From Prevotella sp. (GTDB lineage: Bacteria; Bacteroidota; Bacteroidia; Bacteroidales; Dysgonomonadaceae): DNA of 64,000 nucleotides. Below, in pieces: positions 61,508 to 64,000 of this stretch. The notes beneath the pieces are model-generated. The model did no database searches. It was not told the DNA's origin and saw nothing but the letters and a program-made list of their open reading frames with translations. Positions within the stretch are counted from its first letter, which is position 1; each line of letters opens with the position of its first letter. The position numbers and the translations under genes are program-made. The stretch covers positions 1 through 64,000 of the forward strand of contig JAITVV010000070.1 of the NCBI GenBank assembly GCA_031285625.1, read 5' to 3'.

Positions 61508-63598
61508 ATGAAATATCGGTTTGCAGTCAGTCTGTCTATTGTCTTAATCACTTTATTTTCATTATCCTGTGATAATGAAAATAAAGAAATAACCTTTCTT
61601 TCCTTATTGCATGAGATGACTGATAGAGAGTCTACCAGCAAATATCCCGATCCGTACTATACAGCTAAGCAGTTTAGCAGCTATGATCGTGCTTCGGATA
61701 CTGCCAGAATAGGATCTTTCTACTGGTTTGCAAACTGGGATTTTAGCCAGTTTTTACGTACGGAAGAAAATAATGGACGAAGGGAATTTGTATTGTTCGA
61801 TGCGGAGGGTCCGGGAGCTGTTGTAAGATTCTGGATAACTGTAGCCCATTATAATGACAATGGTATACTACGGTTCTATCTGGATAAGTCGGAAAAACCT
61901 GTGATAGAAGGTGAAGTACTATCTCTTATTAGTGGTGGAAAACTGGTAGGTGATCCTTTGTCGGTATCTGTTTCCGAAACAACACCCTACAAACAGAGAG
62001 GGCATAATTTGTACCTGCCCATTCCTTATTCACGACATTGTAAGATAACATATGAAACGCCCGGAATTATTGAAGCAGGAAGAAAACCTCCAGGTGAAAA
62101 TTTTTTCTATAGTGTTGCATATAGGACTTATGAAGAAGGTACTGACGTAAAAAGCTTTACAATGGAAGATCTGTTGCTCTATTCCGAAGATATAAAACTA
62201 ACGCAGCAAAAACTTAAATCGGAACCTGATTTTTCCAATTTTACCAAAACAGAATCTGAAACTAAAAATATAAAAAGCAAGGATTCTGAAAATATGGTTT
62301 CTTTAGCAGGTACAAAAGCAATCAAAGGTATCTCTGTTAAACTCACTGCCGAAGATTACGAACAAGCTTTGCGTTCGACAATACTTAAGATATCGTTTGA
62401 TGGAAACCAGTCGGTATGGGCACCGGTAGGTGACTTTTTTGCAACAGGAAACCGTCTTTCTCCTTACCGTTCTTTTTATACTACTGTAACAGGAGATTCG
62501 ATATTAGACTGTTATTGGGTGATGCCATTTAAAGACAAATGTGAAATTTCTCTGGAAAACTTAAACGGTAAACCTGTACAGGCATCACTTACAGTCTATT
62601 CATCGAATACCAAATGGGATAAAAACAGTATGTATTTCGGTGCCGGATGGACAGAATATAACCGTAAGCACACGGGCGAAAAAAGGAGTATAGATGGATC
62701 GTATGGAGCCAGTGATATTAATTTTGTTACACTTAATGGCAAAGGTATTTATGTGGGAGATGCTGTAACCATCTTCAACCCGATAGGTGACTGGTGGGGC
62801 GAAGGTGATGAGAAAGTATATGTGGATGGTGAAAGTTTTCCCTCGTTTTTCGGAACAGGGACAGAAGACTATTATGGTTATGCATGGTGTCTGCCAAACT
62901 TTTTTGAGCATCCGTTTATTGGCCAACCTGATGGGCAGGGTGCATACCAACCCGGCCATGTCTCGAACCTGCGCTATAGGGGATTGGATGGGATCACTTT
63001 TGATAAATCCATTATATTTGATATGGAATTCTGGCATCAGGGTGGTACATATATAAACTATGCTGTGACGACTTATTGGTACATGTTGCCCGGAGGTAAA
63101 ACCAACCGAAAGGAAGAGACTGCATTAGCTTCCTTGCCTATTGTAAAACATAAAAATGAACTGGTTAGCAATGTTCCTGACGAAAATGGGATCATTGAAG
63201 GCGAATACCTGAATATTAAAGTTCAGGGCGGTATGGAAAGAACCCAAAGCCTTATTGACTTTGAATGGCGCAACGGTACTCAATTCATCTGGCGCGAAGC
63301 TAATACGGGCGATATTGCATGGCTCGGGTTTGTAGCAAAAGATGAAGGTGTATATCAAATTAACTTTGAAATGACAACTGCTACAGACTATGGAAGGTTT
63401 GCACTTTACATTAACGATAAATTGGTAGAACAGTCATTTAATGCATATAGCTCTGTATTGCAGATGAAAACCCTTATTTTGAAAAATATACAGCTTAGAA
63501 AAGGAGAGAATATATTAAAGGTGGTACAATTACAGAGAGATCCGAAGGCTGTAAATACATTATTCGGACTGGATTATATGACTCTTATTAAAAAATAA
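61508..63598 (+). CDS. GH172 (DUF2961) lipoprotein with C-terminal beta-sandwich/CBM-like domain
   Basis: Lipobox SLSC; QFSSYDR, GPGAVVRFW, WWGEGDEKVYVDG, GTGTEDYYG. Confidence 0.88.
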   Translation: MKYRFAVSLSIVLITLFSLSCDNENKEITFLSLLHEMTDRESTSKYPDPYYTAKQFSSYDRASDTARIGSFYWFANWDFSQFLRTEENNGRREFVLFDAEGPGAVVRFWITVAHYNDNGILRFYLDKSEKPVIEGEVLSLISGGKLVGDPLSVSVSETTPYKQRGHNLYLPIPYSRHCKITYETPGIIEAGRKPPGENFFYSVAYRTYEEGTDVKSFTMEDLLLYSEDIKLTQQKLKSEPDFSNFTKTESETKNIKSKDSENMVSLAGTKAIKGISVKLTAEDYEQALRSTILKISFDGNQSVWAPVGDFFATGNRLSPYRSFYTTVTGDSILDCYWVMPFKDKCEISLENLNGKPVQASLTVYSSNTKWDKNSMYFGAGWTEYNRKHTGEKRSIDGSYGASDINFVTLNGKGIYVGDAVTIFNPIGDWWGEGDEKVYVDGESFPSFFGTGTEDYYGYAWCLPNFFEHPFIGQPDGQGAYQPGHVSNLRYRGLDGITFDKSIIFDMEFWHQGGTYINYAVTTYWYMLPGGKTNRKEETALASLPIVKHKNELVSNVPDENGIIEGEYLNIKVQGGMERTQSLIDFEWRNGTQFIWREANTGDIAWLGFVAKDEGVYQINFEMTTATDYGRFALYINDKLVEQSFNAYSSVLQMKTLILKNIQLRKGENILKVVQLQRDPKAVNTLFGLDYMTLIKK

Positions 63599-63786
63599 TA
63601 TCTGTCGAACTGGATGTCTTGCCAAGTAATTATACAGGTTTAGCCTCTGCAACGGAGCAATGAAATAGCAGGTTTTTTATTGTTTTTATCTGTTACTTTC
63701 AATGATGAACTTGTATATAGACAATTTTATCCTGCCAACATTCATTATTGGCAGGATAAATATCATTTTGGGATATTGACGAAATC

Positions 63787-64000
63787 TTACAGTTTCAGAT
63801 CAAAGTGGCTTAATATTATAAAAGCGGCAGCTATAATAACAAGCATTAGTATCAATGCCAAAAACAGACCTAATATTACCTTACTAATGGCGGTTAACCA
63901 TGAAGAAGTCTTAAAAAATTGCACTAATCCCCATATAACATATATTTCAGACAAAACAAATACAAGCTTATATATTAAGATTGACTTTGTAAAATAGATT
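63787..64000 (-). CDS. C-terminus of a membrane protein entering from the right edge
   Basis: Open minus frame IYFTKSILIYKLVFVLSEIYVIWGLVQFF...ILGLFLALILMLVIIAAAFIILSHFDLKL*. Confidence 0.55.
   Translation of the reverse strand, partial: IYFTKSILIYKLVFVLSEIYVIWGLVQFFKTSSWLTAISKVILGLFLALILMLVIIAAAFIILSHFDLKL

Larger units (their letters stand above)
36542..63598. other. Polysaccharide/nutrient utilisation locus (ribose/furanose type) with corrinoid methyltransferase module
   Basis: SusC/D, hydrolases, 2 ribokinases, 2 permeases, regulator and methyltransferase genes are contiguous. Confidence 0.8.

Noticed and set aside
63680-63997. 105-aa plus-strand ORF
   Set aside because: Antisense to a more plausible membrane-protein C-terminus on the minus strand.
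1-64000. CRISPR array, rRNA, intact IS transposase, and the many 60-180 aa antisense ORFs
   Set aside because: No regularly spaced repeats, rRNA-like tracts or transposase motifs were seen; the small ORFs overlap well-supported genes.

Overview
AT-rich Bacteroidales DNA, Dysgonomonas/Parabacteroides-like by gene content (inference). There are three parts. (1) 1-4900 is the right end of an integrative element (tyrosine integrase plus a RhuM-Fic gene). It ends at a probable tRNA-Leu 3'-end att fragment and is followed by an older, decayed sister element (integrase remnant, broken GNAT and VOC genes, intact rarD). (2) 5000-36400 is mostly housekeeping: dapB, two signal peptidase I paralogues, rhomboids, HU, argS, a Pif1/RecD-like helicase, ftsK and an acyl-CoA synthetase. 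It also has a metal-type TonB receptor preceded by a His-rich leader ORF ending in RPPP. (3) 36500-63600 is a ~27 kb SusC/SusD locus resembling a ribose-utilisation (rus-type) PUL, with two ribokinases, an ADP-ribosylglycohydrolase-family lipoprotein, an orphan regulator, a DMT permease and two GH172 enzymes. Embedded in it is a cobalamin-dependent methyl-transfer operon: three URO-D/MtaA-family proteins with different metal-ligand sets, a corrinoid protein, a MetH-type reactivation domain, a GH38-like lipoprotein and an MFS sugar permease. This is the best candidate for an undescribed system, namely B12-dependent demethylation of methylated pentofuranoses scavenged from RNA, nucleosides or glycans. 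All family assignments come from motif recognition by eye; no searches were run.
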